In this document: one piece after another, positions 29,086-42,550 of the stretch
Numbering within the stretch: position 1 is the stretch's first letter
Layout of the letters: every line of letters begins with the position of its first letter
Assembly (NCBI RefSeq): GCF_009914755.1
Contig: NC_060942.1
Direction: 5' to 3' (one strand)
Length of the DNA: 64,000 nt
Origin: the human T2T-CHM13v2.0 reference genome, Homo sapiens
The notes under the pieces: model-generated
What the model was told of the DNA's origin: nothing
What the model saw: only the letters and a program-made list of their open reading frames with translations
Databases searched by the model: none
Made by a program: the position numbers and the translations under genes

Positions 29086-32000
29086 GGTGTCTGGCAAGAT
29101 GGTTGAATAGAAAAAGCTCTGGTCTGCAGCTCCAGTGAGATCAACACAGAAGGCAGGTGATTTCTGCATTTCCAACTGAGGTACCCAGCTCATGTCATTG
29201 GGACTGGTTAGACAGTGGGTGCAGCCCATGGAGGGCTAGCTGAAGCAGGGTGGGGTGTCACCTCACCTGGGAAGGGCAAGGGTTTGGGGAACTCCTTCCT
29301 CTAGCCAAGGGAAGCCGTGAGGGACTGTGCTAGGAGGAAGGGTGCATTCTGGCCCAGATACTATGCTTTTCCCATGGTCTTTGCAACCCACAGACCAGGA
29401 GATTCCCTTGGGTGCCTACACCACCAGGGCCACGGGTTTCAAGCATAAAACTGGGCAGCTGTTTAGGAAGACATTGAGCTAGCTGCAGGAGTTTTTTTTC
29501 CATATCCCAGTGGCACCTAGAATGCCAGCGAGATGGAACCCTTCACTCCCCTGGAAAGGGAGCTGAAGCCAGGGAGCCAAATGGTCTAGCTCAGCGGATG
29601 CCACCCCCGTGGAGCCCAGCAAGCAAAGATCCACTGGCTTGAAATTCTTGCTGCCAGCACAGCAGTCTAAGTTGACCTGGGAGGCTCAAATTTAGTGGGA
29701 GGAGAGGCGTCCACCATTACTGGGGCTTGAGTAGGCAGTTTTCCCCCACAGTGTAAACAGAGCCACCAGGAAGTTCAAACTGGACAGAGCCCACTGCAGT
29801 ATGGCAAAGCTGCTGTAGCCAGACTGCCCCTCTAGATTCCTCCTCTCTGGGCAGGGCAACTCTGAAATAAAGGCAGGAGCCCCAGTCAGGAGCTTATTGA
29901 TAAAACTCCCATCTCCCTGGGACAAAGCACCTGGAGGAATTGGCAGCTGTGGGTGCAGCTTCAGAAGATTTAACATTCTTGCCTGCTGGCTCTAAAGAGA
30001 GCAGCAGATCTCCCAGAACAGCACTCAAGCTCTGCTAAAGGACAGACTGCCTCCTCAAATGGGTCCCTGACCCCCGTGCCTCCTGACTGGGAGACACCTT
30101 CCAGCAGGGGTTGGCAGACACCACATACAGGAGAGCTCTGGCTGGCATCTGGCTGGTGCCCCTCTGGGACAAAGCTTCCAGAGGAAGAAACAGGCAGAAA
30201 TCTTTGCTGTTCTACAGCCTCTGCTGGTAATACCCTGGAAAACAGGATCTGGACTGGACCACCAGCAAACTCCAGTAGAACTGCAGCAGAGGGGCCTGAC
30301 TGTTAGAAGGAAAACTAACAAATGGAAAGGAATAGCATCAATATCAACAAAAAGGATGTCCACACAAAAACCCCATCCGAAGGTCACCAACATCAAAGAC
30401 CAATGGTGGATAAATCCATGAAGATGAACAAAAACCATTGCAAAAATGCAGAAAATTCCAAAAACCAGAACGCCTCTTTTCCTCCAAAGGATCACAACTC
30501 CTCGCCAGCAAGGGAACAAAACTGGACAGAGAATGAGTTTGTCGAACTGACAGAAGTAGCCTTCAGAAGATGGGTAATAACAAACTCCTCCAAGCTAAAG
30601 GAGCATGTTCTAACCCAACGCAAGGAAGCTAAGAACCTTGAAAAAAGTTGGAGGAATTGCTAACTAGAATAACCAGTTTAGAGAAGAACATAAAATAGCT
30701 AATGGAGCTTACAAACACTGCACAAGAACTTTGTGAAGCATACACAAGTATATACAGGCAAATCAGTCAAGCGGAAGAAAGGATATCAGAGATTGAACAC
30801 CAACTTAATGAAATAAAGTGTGAAGACAAAATTAGAGAAAAAAGAATGAAAAGCAACAAAGCAAGCCTCCAAGAAATATGGGACTATGTGAAAAGACCGA
30901 ATCATCGTTTAATTGGTTTACCTGAAAGACAAGTGCAGAATGGAACCAAGTTGGAAGACACTCTTCAGTATATTACCAGGACAACTTCCCCAACATAGCA
31001 AGACAGGCCAACATTCAAATTCAGGAAATACAAGAACACCACAAAGATACTCCTCAAGAAGAGCAACCCCAAGATACATAATTGTCAGATTCACCAAGGA
31101 TAAATGAAGGAAAAAATGTTAAGGGCAGCCAGAGAGAAAGGTTGGGTTACCCACAAAGGGAAGCCCATCAGACTAAAAGTGGATCTGTCTGCAGAAACCC
31201 TACAAGCCAGAAGAGAGTGGGGGCCAATATTCAATATTCTTAAAGAAAAGGATTTTCATCCCAGAATATCATATCCAACAAACTAACTTTCGTAAGCAAA
31301 GGAAAATAAAATCCCGTAAAGACAAGCAAATACTGAGACACTTTGTCACTGTTAGGCCTGCCTTACAAGAACTCCAGAAGGAAGCATGAAACATGGAAAG
31401 GAAAAACTGGCACCAGCCACTGGAAAAACATACAAAATTGTAAAAACCATTGACACTATGAAGAAACTGCATCAACTAACAGCCAAAATAACCAGCTAGC
31501 ATCATAATGACAGGATCAAATTCACACATAACAATATTAACCTTAAATGTAAATGGGCTAAATGCCCCAATTAAAATACACAGACTGGCAAATTGGATAA
31601 AGAGTCAAGACCCATTGGTGTGCTGTATTCAGGAGACCCATCTCACGTGCAGAGACACACATATGCTCAAAATAAAGGGATGGAGGAATATTTACCAAGC
31701 AAATGGAAAGGAAAAAAAAAAGCAGGGGTTTCAATCCTAGTCTCTGATAAAACAGGCTTTAAACTACAAAATATAAAAAAGACAATGAAGGGCATTATAT
31801 AATGGTAAAGGGATCAATGCAACAAAAAGAGCTAACTATCCTACATTTATATGCACCCAATACAGGAGCACCAGGATTCATAAAGCAAGTTCTTAGAAAC
31901 CTACAAAGAGACTTAGGCTCCCACACAATAATAGTGGGAGACTTTAACACCCCACTGTCAATAATAGACAGCTCAATGAGACAGAAAATTAACAAGGATA

Positions 32001-35000
32001 TTCAGAACTCGAACTCAGCTCTGGACCAAGTGGACCTAATAGATATCTACAGAACTCTCCACCCCAGTCAACAGAATATACATTTTTCTCAGCACCACAT
32101 CGCACTTATTCTAAAATTGACCACATAATTGGAAGTAAAACACTCCTCAGCGAACGCAAAAGAACAGAAATCATAACAGTCTCTCAGACCACAGTGCAAT
32201 GAAATTAGAACTCAGGATTAAGAAACTCATTCAAAACCGCATAGCTACATAGAAACTGAACAATCTGCTCCTGAATGACTACCAGGCAAATAACAAAATT
32301 AAGGCAGAAATCAGAAGTTTTTTGAAACCAATGAGAACAAAGACCAACGTACCAGAATCTCTGGGACACAGCTAAAGCAGTGTTTAGAGGGAAATTTATA
32401 GCACTAAAATCCCCATAGGAGAAAGCAGGAAAGATCTACAATCAACACCCTAAAATCACAATTAAAAGAACTAGAGAAGCAAGAGCAAACAAATTCAAAA
32501 GCTATTAGAAGACAAGAAAGAACTAAGATCAGAGCAGAACTGAAGGAGATGAAAACATGAAAAACCTTTCAAAAAAATCAATGAATCCAGAAGCTGGTTT
32601 TTTGAAAAGATCAACAGAACAGATAAATGGCTAGCCAGACTAATATAGAAGAAAAGAGAAGAATCAAATAGACGGAATAAAAAATGATAAAGGGGATATC
32701 ACCACTGATCCCACAAAAACAAAAACCACCATCAGAGAATACTATAAACACCTTTACACAAATAAACTAGAAAATCTAGAAGAAATGGATAAATTCCTAG
32801 ACACACACACACTCCCAAGACTAAACCAGGAAGAAGTTGAATCCCTGAATAGACCAATAACAAGTTCTGAAATTGAGGCAGTAATTAATAGGCTACCAAC
32901 CAAAAAAAGCCCAGGACCAGAGGGATTCACAGCTGAATTCTACCAGAGGTACAAAGAGGAGCTGGTATCATTCCTTCTGAAACAACTCCAAATAATTGAA
33001 AAAGAGGGACTCTTCCCTACCTCAATTTATGAGGCCAGCATCATCTTGATACCAAAACCTGGAAGAGACACAACAAAGAAAGAAAATTTCAGGCCAATAT
33101 CTCTGATGAACATTGATGTGAAAATCCTCAATAAAATACTGGTTAACCAAATCCAGCAGCACATCTAAAATCTTATCCACCACAATCACAGAGGCTTCAT
33201 CCCTGGCACTCAAGGCTGGTTCAACATACATAAGTCAATAAATGTAATCCATTGCATAAACAGAACCAATGACAAAAACCACATAATTATCTCAATAGAT
33301 GCAGAAAAGGCCTTTGATAAAATTCAACAGCCTTCATGCTAGAAACTCTCAATAAACTAGGTATTGATGGAATGTATCTCAAAATAATAAGAGCTATTTA
33401 TGACAAACCCAGAGCCAATATCATACTGAATGGGCAAAAGCTGGAAGCATTCCCTTTGAAAACCAGCACAAGACAAGGATGCCCTCTCTCACCACTCCTA
33501 TTCAACGTAGTATTGGAAGTTCTGGCAAGGGCAATCAGGCAAGAGAAAGAAATACAGTGTATTCAAATAGGAAGAGAGGAAGTCAAATTGTATCTGATTG
33601 CAGATGACATGATTGTATATATAGAAAACCCCATAGTCTCAGCCCAAAATCTCCTTAAGCTGATCAGCAAATTCTGCAAAGTCTCAGGATACAAAATCAA
33701 TATGCAAAAATCACAAGCATTCCTATACACAAATAATAGGCAAACAGAAAGCCAAATCATGAGTGAACTCCCATTCATAATTGCTACAAAGAGAATAACA
33801 TACCTAGGAATACAACGTACAAGGGAAGTGAGGGACCTCTTCAAGGAGAACTACACATCACTGCTCAAGGAAATCAGAGAGGACACAAACAAAGGGAAAA
33901 ACATTCCATACTCATAGATAGAAAGATCAGTATCATGAAAATGGCCATATTGCCCAAAGTAATTTATAGATTCAATGCTATCCCCATCAAGCTACCATTG
34001 ACTTTCTTCACAGAATTAAAAAAAAAAAAACTACTTTAAATTTCATATGGAACCAAAACACAGCCCACATAGCTAAGACAATCCTAAGCAAAAGGAACAA
34101 AGATGGAGGCTTCGCACTACCTGACTTCAAACTATACTACAAGGCTACAGTAGCCAAAACAGCATGGTACTGGTACCAAAACAGATATATAGATCAGTGA
34201 AACAGAACAGAAGCCTCAGAAATAATACCACCATCTAAAATCATCTGATCTTTGACAAACCTGACAAAAGCAAGCAATGGGGAAAAGATTCCTTATTTAA
34301 TAAATGGTGTTGGGAAAACTGGCTAGCCATGTACAGGAAACTGAAACTGGGCCCCTTCCTTACACCTTATACAAAAATTAACTCAAATGGATGAAAGACT
34401 TAAATGTAAGACCTAAAACCATGAAAACCTTAGAAGAAAACCTAGACAATACCATTCAGGACGTAGGCATGGAAAATACTTCATGACTAAAACATCAAAA
34501 GCAATGGCAACAAAAGCCAAAATGGACAAATGGGATCTAATTAAACTAAAAAGCTTCTGCACAGCAAAAAAAAAAAAAAAAAAAAACTATCATCAGAGTG
34601 TACAGGCAACCTACAGAATGGGAGAAAATTTTTGCAATCTATCCATCTGACATAGGGCTAATATCCAGAATCTATAAAGACTTTAAACAAATTAAAAAGA
34701 AAAAAAAAACCATCAAAAAGTGGGCAAAGTATATTTACAGACACTTCTCAAAAGAAGACATTTATGCAGCCAACAAACATGAAAAAAAGCTCCTCATCAC
34801 TGGTCTTTAGAGAAATGAAAATCAACACCACCATGACATACCATCTCATACCAGTTAGGATGGTGATCATTAAAAAGTCAGGAAACAACAGATGCTGGAG
34901 AGGATGTGGAGAAACAGGAACACTTTTACACTGTTGGTGGAAGTGTAAATTAGTTCAACCATTGTGGAAGACCGTGTGGCAATTCCTCAATGATCTAGCA

Positions 35001-35540
35001 CCAGAAATACCATTTGACCCAGCAATCCCATTACTGGGTATATAGCCAAAGGATTATAAATCATTCTGCTATAAAGACACATGCACATGTATGTTTATTG
35101 CAGCACTGTTCACAATAGCAAAGACTTGGAACCAATCCAAATACCCATCAATGGTAGACTGGATAAAGAAAATCTGGCACATATACACCATGGAATACTA
35201 CGCAGCCATAAAAAAGGATGAGTTCTTGTCCTCTGCAGGGACACAGATGAAGCTGGAAACCATCATTCTCAGCAAACTAACACGAGAACAGAAAATCAAA
35301 CACTGCATGTTCTCACTCATAAGTGGGAGTTGAACAATGAGAACACATGGACACAGGGAGGGGAACATAACACACCAGGGCCTGTTGCAGGGTGGGAGGC
35401 TAGGGAAGGGATAGCATTAGGAGAAATACCTAATGTAGATGACACGTTGATGGGTGCAGCAAACCCCCATGGCACGTGTATACCTATGTAACAAACCTGC
35501 ATGTTCTGCACATGTATCCCAGAACTTAAAGTATAATAAA
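29086..35540 (+). mobile_element. Full-length L1PA7-like LINE-1 (L1-B), both ORFs disrupted
   Basis: 5'UTR ggcaagatgg...; ORF1 fragments 30322-31286; ORF2 starts MTGSNSHITILTLNVNGLN at 31507; 3'UTR with aatgtagatgac; TSD 29067-29085 / 35538-35556. Confidence 0.97.
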
Positions 35541-35559
35541 AAAAGAAAAGCAAAGAAAA

Positions 35560-35670
35560 AAACTGAGGCACAGAACGAATAAGTGACTTTTCAAAGGCCA
35601 CCCTTAGGACAACTATTAGTAGTTATAGTGCCATTGCTCAAATTCAGAAGAGTGTCTCTCAACTTCTAAA
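35560..35670 (-). mobile_element. MIR, right half
   Basis: aaactgaggcacagaacgaataagtgacttttcaaaggccac. Confidence 0.75.
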
Positions 35671-36722
35671 AGGTGGACCTTCCTCTTTGCTAAACTAGTC
35701 TTACCTCAAGGCTGATGTATCAATGACTAGGGTTCAATCTGTATTTCTATTCTCATGTGCACTTGTGGCTCAGGAGTCTTTGTCATTTCTGGCTCTGGTA
35801 TGGACTCTGCTGAAAACACATCCTCCCCTGCCCCTTCCCACCTCCCACATTCCCAGAGCTCTGTTCTAGGATTGTTTCCTTGGGAGTCTCAGGACAGAGA
35901 CTGAGCAACTGTACACTGGAGACCTGGGTCACATGGCTGGTAGCCAGTAGAGTCAAATTTTGTCAGAAGGATAAGACATCAGAAGCACCCTCTTAACCAA
36001 CCAATTTCAGTTGCTGTACTCTAAAGCTGTTTAGGAGAAAAAAAGTGGGGGTACACTGGTTGAGAATGTTATCCGACCTTAGGAACAGGAAAATTTCTTT
36101 TAAAACTTCTGCTGCATCATGCTATAGTTATCAGTATACAGCAATTACATTACAGCCATCATTTTTAATACGAGTTCACCTGAGGCAAATTGTGAACATC
36201 AGAGACCAAACAACAGTTAGGACTAAAACCTGTCTACATAATAATGTAAAGCAACAAAAGTGGCTTTGTAAGCAGAAAGTGTGGCAGTCAGGTAGTCCTC
36301 TTTTTAATATGGTGACAGGATCTCTTGCCTTGGGATTAACATAGCTGTATTTAGAAGCTACGCTAGGAGCCTTCAAGGGAAGTAGCAGCCAAGCCTTCTA
36401 AGGTATGGCACGAATACACTCCAGAGCTGTGTTCAAGAGCTGTGTTTTATTACCTGGAGGACAAATTCAGAAACAGATCTCAGTTCAGTGTCTAAGCCAA
36501 TGTGGAACAGAAGAAAAGGAAACAATCACAGAACAGAGCTATGGAACTGTGGGGGGTAGGAAGGTGCAGGGGAGGATAATTTTTTAGCAGAGTCAATACC
36601 AGAGCCAAAAATGACAAGACCACAAGCTGCCTGGGAACTAACAACAAAATTTGAGGAAGACATTGGGAGTCCTGCAGAACTGAAAACAGGGAGATCAATC
36701 CATTACAAAAGTGTATAAATGT

Positions 36723-36811
36723 CAGCAAACCACCATGGCACATGTGTACCTATGTAACAAACTGCACGTTCTGCACATGTATCCCAGAACTTAAAGTAAT
36801 TTTTTTTTAAA
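36723..36811 (+). mobile_element. Extremely 5'-truncated L1PA (~90 bp)
   Basis: cagcaaaccaccatggcac...cccagaacttaaagt; TSD aaaagtgtataaatgt (36707-36722) / aaaagtacataaatgt (36812-36827). Confidence 0.9.
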
Positions 36812-37834
36812 AAAAGTACATAAATGTATTTACAAGGAAGGGTGACACAGCTGACATCTGGGTGACCTGGATAAAACAATCCCTACGCCTAGGATTACCT
36901 TGAGCATCAACCAATATAATACTACCTAAAGTGCTTTATAAACAGTAAATCTATATAGGTGTTAATGAGTATTGCTGCTTTCATCATTGTCTTTATTGTT
37001 ATAAATCTGCAAGCATTTCGTTCAGAGCCTTGCATATTGTAAGTTCTGTGTAATTATTGACTGGCTGACGGCAATGGTTTCCAAAAAGAAAAACTGACCT
37101 TCCTACTCTCTCCAGTCTCCCCTCTCCAACTCCCAGTCCCTGGAAAAGAAACAAAAATTAACATCATAGGCAATTCACAGGAGATGAAACTTGCTGAAGG
37201 GACAGTCAGTAGGAAAAACAAAAGGAGGCCTGCTGAGCTGCTTAAAGGGGCTTACTAGGTCTGTTTACAAGAAGAACATGCATCCTGATTGTAATAAGTG
37301 AGCTTGAAGGGCTAGACAGGCTCTTTAATCTCAGAAATGACACTGTGAACTCCAGTTCACCTGCTCGATTTATTTACATTGCTTTTGCCTGCTAACAAAT
37401 CCAACTCTCCATCAGATTAATCAACATTTATCAGCCAGCGGCGGGAGCATCATTTCATAACGTAAGTAAAATAGAGAGGGAGTGAAATGGAATAGAGAGA
37501 GAATAAAACTCCCATTACTCTGTGGCTATTTGATTCTCTATGTATTTTATTCACATAATGAATGATGTACTTCTGGCTTTAACAGCATAGCAACCCTGGG
37601 TTCTGTTTGTTTAATGTTTCCCCGCCAGGGACTGTGCAACTCAGTAGAATATGCACAACAGGATAAAGGAGGAAGATGGTTAAGCCCAGGTTTGGGGGTT
37701 TAAAATTTCCCAAATAAACCAAAAGTGAGTTAACCACCAAGTTGTCCAGAGTCTGGTGATGTTAATTCAAATATATGATCACCAATCAACTAAATAATTT
37801 GTCTATATGGTTTGTATTGGCCATTAACACAAAC

Positions 37835-38255
37835 TATTCATGCATTCATCCATTTAACAATTATTGAGCACTAAGTATGTGCTGGAAATTGTTCTGGGTG
37901 CTGAAGATGTAACAATAAGTAGAAAAAAAGTTCCTGCCCCCCGGAGTTTACATTAGAAGCCAAATTATAGACAGAGCACATGAATACATAATAAAATGTC
38001 ATGTTGTAGTAACTGTTACGATCACAAATGAAGTGAGCTTAAAGGACAGAAACCAGAAGAATGCTACTTCAGAATGGGGTAGCCAAAAACATTGCTCTGA
38101 GATGATATTGGAGCAGAAATCTGCAATAAATGAAAGAACCAGGCATTCTGATATATGAGTGAAGTGCATTTCAGACAGAAAGTAAAACCAGAAACAGTTG
38201 AGAAATAGCAGTGAGGCCAGAATTGATGGAAAGGTGTGAGCAAAGCTAAAAATAG
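37835..38255 (-). mobile_element. L2a 3' end
   Basis: attcatgcattcatccatttaacaattattgagcac antisense L2 terminus. Confidence 0.75.
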
Positions 38256-38905
38256 AATGACCATGATCCATCAATCCCACTACTGGATATATACCCAAAA
38301 GAAGGGAAATCAATATATCAAAGAGATATATTTGCACTCATATGCTTATTGCAGCACTATTTACAATAGCTAACATATAGGATCAACCTAAGTTCTATGA
38401 ACAGATAAATGTTTTCTTAAATGTGGTATATATAGACAATGGAATATACTTAGCCTTAAAAATGAATGGAATTCTGTTAGTTGCAACAGCAAAGATAGAA
38501 TTGGAGGTCATTGTGTTACATGAAATAAGCCAGGCACAGAATGACAGGTATCACATGTTCTCACTTCTGCGTACAAGCTAAAAAAAAAGTGGATCTCATG
38601 AAGATAGAAAGTATATTTGTAATTGTAAGAGGCTGGGAAGAGTATAGAGTAGTGGTGGATAAAGAGGTTGATTAATGGATACAATAATACAGTTAGAAGG
38701 AATAAGATGTAGTATTCGATAGGTCAGTAGGGTGACTATAGTAAACAATGATCTATTGTACATTTCAATAGCTAGAAAAGTTTGAATGTTCCCAGCATAA
38801 AGATAAATGTTTTAGGTGGCTATCCCAATTATCTTGACTTGATCATTAAATATCGCATAAATGTATCAAAATATGTGTACACCTCTTATGTATCAGTTTT
38901 TAAAA
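38255..38905 (+). mobile_element. 5'-truncated L1MA (ORF2 end and 3'UTR)
   Basis: caatcccactactggatatatacccaaaag...agtagggtgactatagt...tatgtatcag. Confidence 0.85.
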
Positions 38906-39229
38906 ATGGGAAAGAGCAATAAGAAATTTAATCACAGATGTAGTACTGGGTTATATTATGTCAACTCCTATCCAACAGTAGAAACTTGAAAATAATAAGA
39001 ATTAAGTGGAAATTTTTAAAATCACATTATGATTTTGTCCCTAACTATACTACTCAAGGACAGAAAATCAGATTTGTAATTTTTTTATTTTTCAGATTAA
39101 GCATTGATTCTGTCCAGATTACCAATATTTTAATAATGTTGCTGCTGATGATATACTAAGTCATGGTGATTGATTAGTTGATCCAATACTGGACCAACTA
39201 AGCCAGGAACAAATAACCTTTTAAAAAAT

Positions 39230-40557
39230 TGCTTTGTTTTATTTAACTTTTTTCAGTAGAAGTATAACATGTAAAGAGACAAGTGCAGGATTTATATATG
39301 AACAGCTTAATAAATTATCATAAAGTGAAAATACCACCCAGATTAAGAAATTTAACATCTATCAACATGCAGAGCTTCTTGGCCTCTACCAGTCACAACT
39401 CCTCTCATCTCTCCAGAATTAAACACTGTCTTGACTTATATCTGCATACATCAGTTTTGCTCATTTTAAAAATTTTATGTAGATAAGAGATTCATTCTTT
39501 ATTGCATGTATCTATTCACTTTCAATGCTGTTTAGGAGTCAATTGTAAATTATATCAGTTATATTTATCTATTATATTCCCAACAGATATTAGAGATATT
39601 TCCAATTTGTGGTTATGAAGCATTGTACTACTATGAATATTCTTTTACTTGCCTATTCTTACACATACGACAGTTTTCTGTTGGGTATGTACCTGAGCAA
39701 ATATCAAACAGAAAAGTTTACACTTCCACAATTACAGTTCCAACAACCATCTTGAAAGGTGTGTAGTAGCATCTCATTATAGTTTTAGTTTGCATTTTCT
39801 CTTGACTAATGAGAAGCACTGTATTTCTACTGATTGTTTAGATATCCTCTCTTGTGAAGTGTCTGATTCTCTTGTCCATTATTTTTATTGTCTGTCTTTT
39901 CCTCATTGGTAGGAAGAAATTATCTACTTTGTATACATTTGTGGCAAAATAACTTTTCCTGCTCTTAGGACTTTTTCACTTTCTTCAACTTGTCTTTCAA
40001 TGATCAAAAATTCCCAATCTTAATGTATTTTGCTTTGGTAATATTTTCATTTACCATTAGCATTTATTGTGACCTGCTTGATAAACCTTTCCCTATCCCA
40101 AGTTAATAAGAATATTCTCATACATTATAAAATATTTTTCTTTGTCTCACATTTCACATTTAGATTTACAATAGTCTAAGACAGATATTTGTTAGCACAT
40201 CTCACATCTCACATTTAGATTTACAATAGTCTAAGACAGATATTTGTTAGCACGAAGTAGGTTTCAAGTCTCTGGGATTTCCTTCTCTATTTGTTGGGAT
40301 ACCTAGTTGAACCAACACTATTGGAGGGAATGTCTTTCCTACTCTTTGCAGTGCTACTTTCCTTGTATGAGTTGTATGTTGTAAGTCAATTTATAATTAG
40401 GCTGTTTCTTAGCTTTTTATTATGTCCACTTATATTAATAACTTATTCTACCAACAGCAGTCTTATTAAAAATTTATAGTGTTTCAATGTGATAGAGGAT
40501 TTTTTTTTCATTTTCAACATTGTGTTAACTCTCCTTGACCCTATGTCCATATAAATT
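39230..40557 (-). mobile_element. L1ME-like host element; continues 51575-52070
   Basis: Highly degenerate antisense L1 3' and ORF2 motifs; collinear across the L1MC insert. Confidence 0.6.
40145..40254. repeat. 55-bp tandem duplication
   Basis: tctcacat(t/c)tcacatttagatttacaatagtctaagacagatatttgttagcac twice. Confidence 0.95.
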
Positions 40558-41946
40558 TTTTTGTAATATAGTTTTTTGGAGAAGTTTTAGATTCACAGCA
40601 AAATTGAACAGAAGGTGCAGAGATTTTTTTGTATACTCCCTTCCCCACATATACACAGCGTCTTCTACCATCAAAATCCTACACGATAGTTGTATGTTTG
40701 TTAGAATCAGTGAACCTACATCAACACATCATTATCGACCAAAGTCCATAGTTTATGGTTCACTCTTGGTATTGTATATTCTATGAGTTTTGACAAATAT
40801 ATAATCATATGTATCCCCGATTATGGAAAAAATACAGAGTAGTTTCACCAAGCTAAACTCCTCTCTGCTCTGCCTATTCATCTTTCTCTCTTCCTCTAAA
40901 CCCTGGCAACTACTGATCCTTTTAAAACTGTGTCCGTAATACTGCCTTTTCCAGAATGTCATATAATCAAAATTTTATAGTATGTAGCCTTTTCATAATA
41001 GTTTATTTCACTTAATAATATGCGTTTGAGTCCTTCATGATTTTTCATGGCTTGATAGCTCATTGCTTTTTAGTGCTGAGTAATATTTCATTGTCTGGAT
41101 GTACCACAGTTTATCTATTAACCTACTGAAGTAGATCGTGGTTGCTTTCAAGTTTTGGCAATTATGAATAAAGGTGCTATGAACACTTTTTGGACACATA
41201 AGTTACTAACTTCTTTGGGCAAATATCAAAAAGCACAAATGCTAGAACATGTGGTTAAGAGTATGTTTTAGTTTTATAAGAAACTGTCAAACTGTCTGCC
41301 AAAGTGACTGTACCATTTTGCATTCCTACCAGAAATGAATGAGAGTTCCTGCTGTTCCCTATCTTTGTCAGTTTTTGGTGTTGTCAATGCTTTGGATTTT
41401 GGCCATTCTAATAGGTATGCAATGGTGTCTCGTTGTTTTAATTTTCAATCCTTTAATGACATACTATGTTGAGCATTGTTTCATATGCTTATTTGCCATT
41501 TATGTGTCTTCTTCGGTGAAGCGTCAGGGTTCAGGTCTTTTGCCCATTTTTTAATGAGGTTTTTTAAATTGTTTGGTTATAAGTTATATTTTATACACTT
41601 ATCAAATCTCTTTTGAAAATATTTCATCTTTGTCTCCGTCATCTTTTTATTCTCTTGACACTGTCTTTCACAGAGCAGAGTTTTTAATTTTAATGAAATT
41701 CAGCCTATAAAATATTTTTTCATGAATTGTGCTTTTGGTATATATACAAAGTAATCATTATACCCAAAGTCGTCTTGTTTTTTTTTTTTACATTGTCTTC
41801 TAAGAGTTTTATAGCTTTGTTTTTCACACTTAGATCTATGATCCATTTAAACCAATTTCTGTGAAGGGCATAAGTTCTATGTCTAGCTTTCTTTTTTTTT
41901 ATGTGGATGTCCAGTTGTTTGAATACCATTTGTTGAAAAGATTATT

Positions 41947-42251
41947 GGCTGGGAATGGTGGTTCATGCCTGTAATCTCAGCACTTTGGGAGGCCGAGGTG
42001 AATGGATCGCTTGATTGCAGGAGTTCAAGACCAGCCTGGGCAACGTGGTGAAACCTAGTCTCCACAAAAATCAGTCAGGTGTGGTGAGCTTGCACCTGTA
42101 GTCCCAGATTATTTGGGGTACTGAGCTGGAGGATGGCTTGAGCCCAGGAGATAGACATTACAGTGAGATGAGATAGCACCACTGTACTCCAACCAGGGTG
42201 AAAAAGTGAGACCTTGTCTCAAAAACAAAAACAAAACAAAACAAAACAAAA
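41947..42251 (+). mobile_element. AluJ with (CAAAA)n tail
   Basis: ggatcgcttga..caggagttc and ggatggcttgagcccagg J diagnostics. Confidence 0.9.
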
Positions 42252-42550
42252 GGCTGGCCGCAGTGGCTCACTCCTGTAATCCCGGTACTTTGGGAGGCCG
42301 AGGCAGCCAGATCACCTGAGGTCAGACGTTCAAGACCAGCCTGGCCAACATGGCGCAACCCTGTCTCTACTAAAAAATACAAAAATTAGCCAGGAATGAT
42401 GGCGGCCACCTGTAATCCCAGTTACTCAGGAGGCTGAGGCAGGGAAAATTGCTTGAACCCGGGAGGCGGAAGTTGCAGTGAGTTGAGATCACGCCACTAC
42501 ACTCCAGCCTAGGCTACACAGCAAGACTCCATCTCCGGGGGTAAAAAAAA
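42252..42550 (+). mobile_element. AluSx/Sz inserted in the AluJ tail
   Basis: atcacctgaggtcag; outer TSD aaaagattat / aaaaagttat encloses both Alus. Confidence 0.9.

Noticed and set aside
33563-33844. Recurring antisense ORFs (MKRS.TSLV..., also 59352; MLIFCL... at 31795 and 47552)
   Set aside because: Antisense shadows of L1 ORF2 that recur only because the L1 copies are homologous
29086-35540. Full-length L1 as an active element
   Set aside because: Both ORFs are fragmented by stops and frameshifts, the 5'UTR CpGs are largely decayed, and A-run expansions lie inside ORF2
40145-40254. Direct repeats as a CRISPR-like array
   Set aside because: Two adjacent copies, no spacers, eukaryotic context
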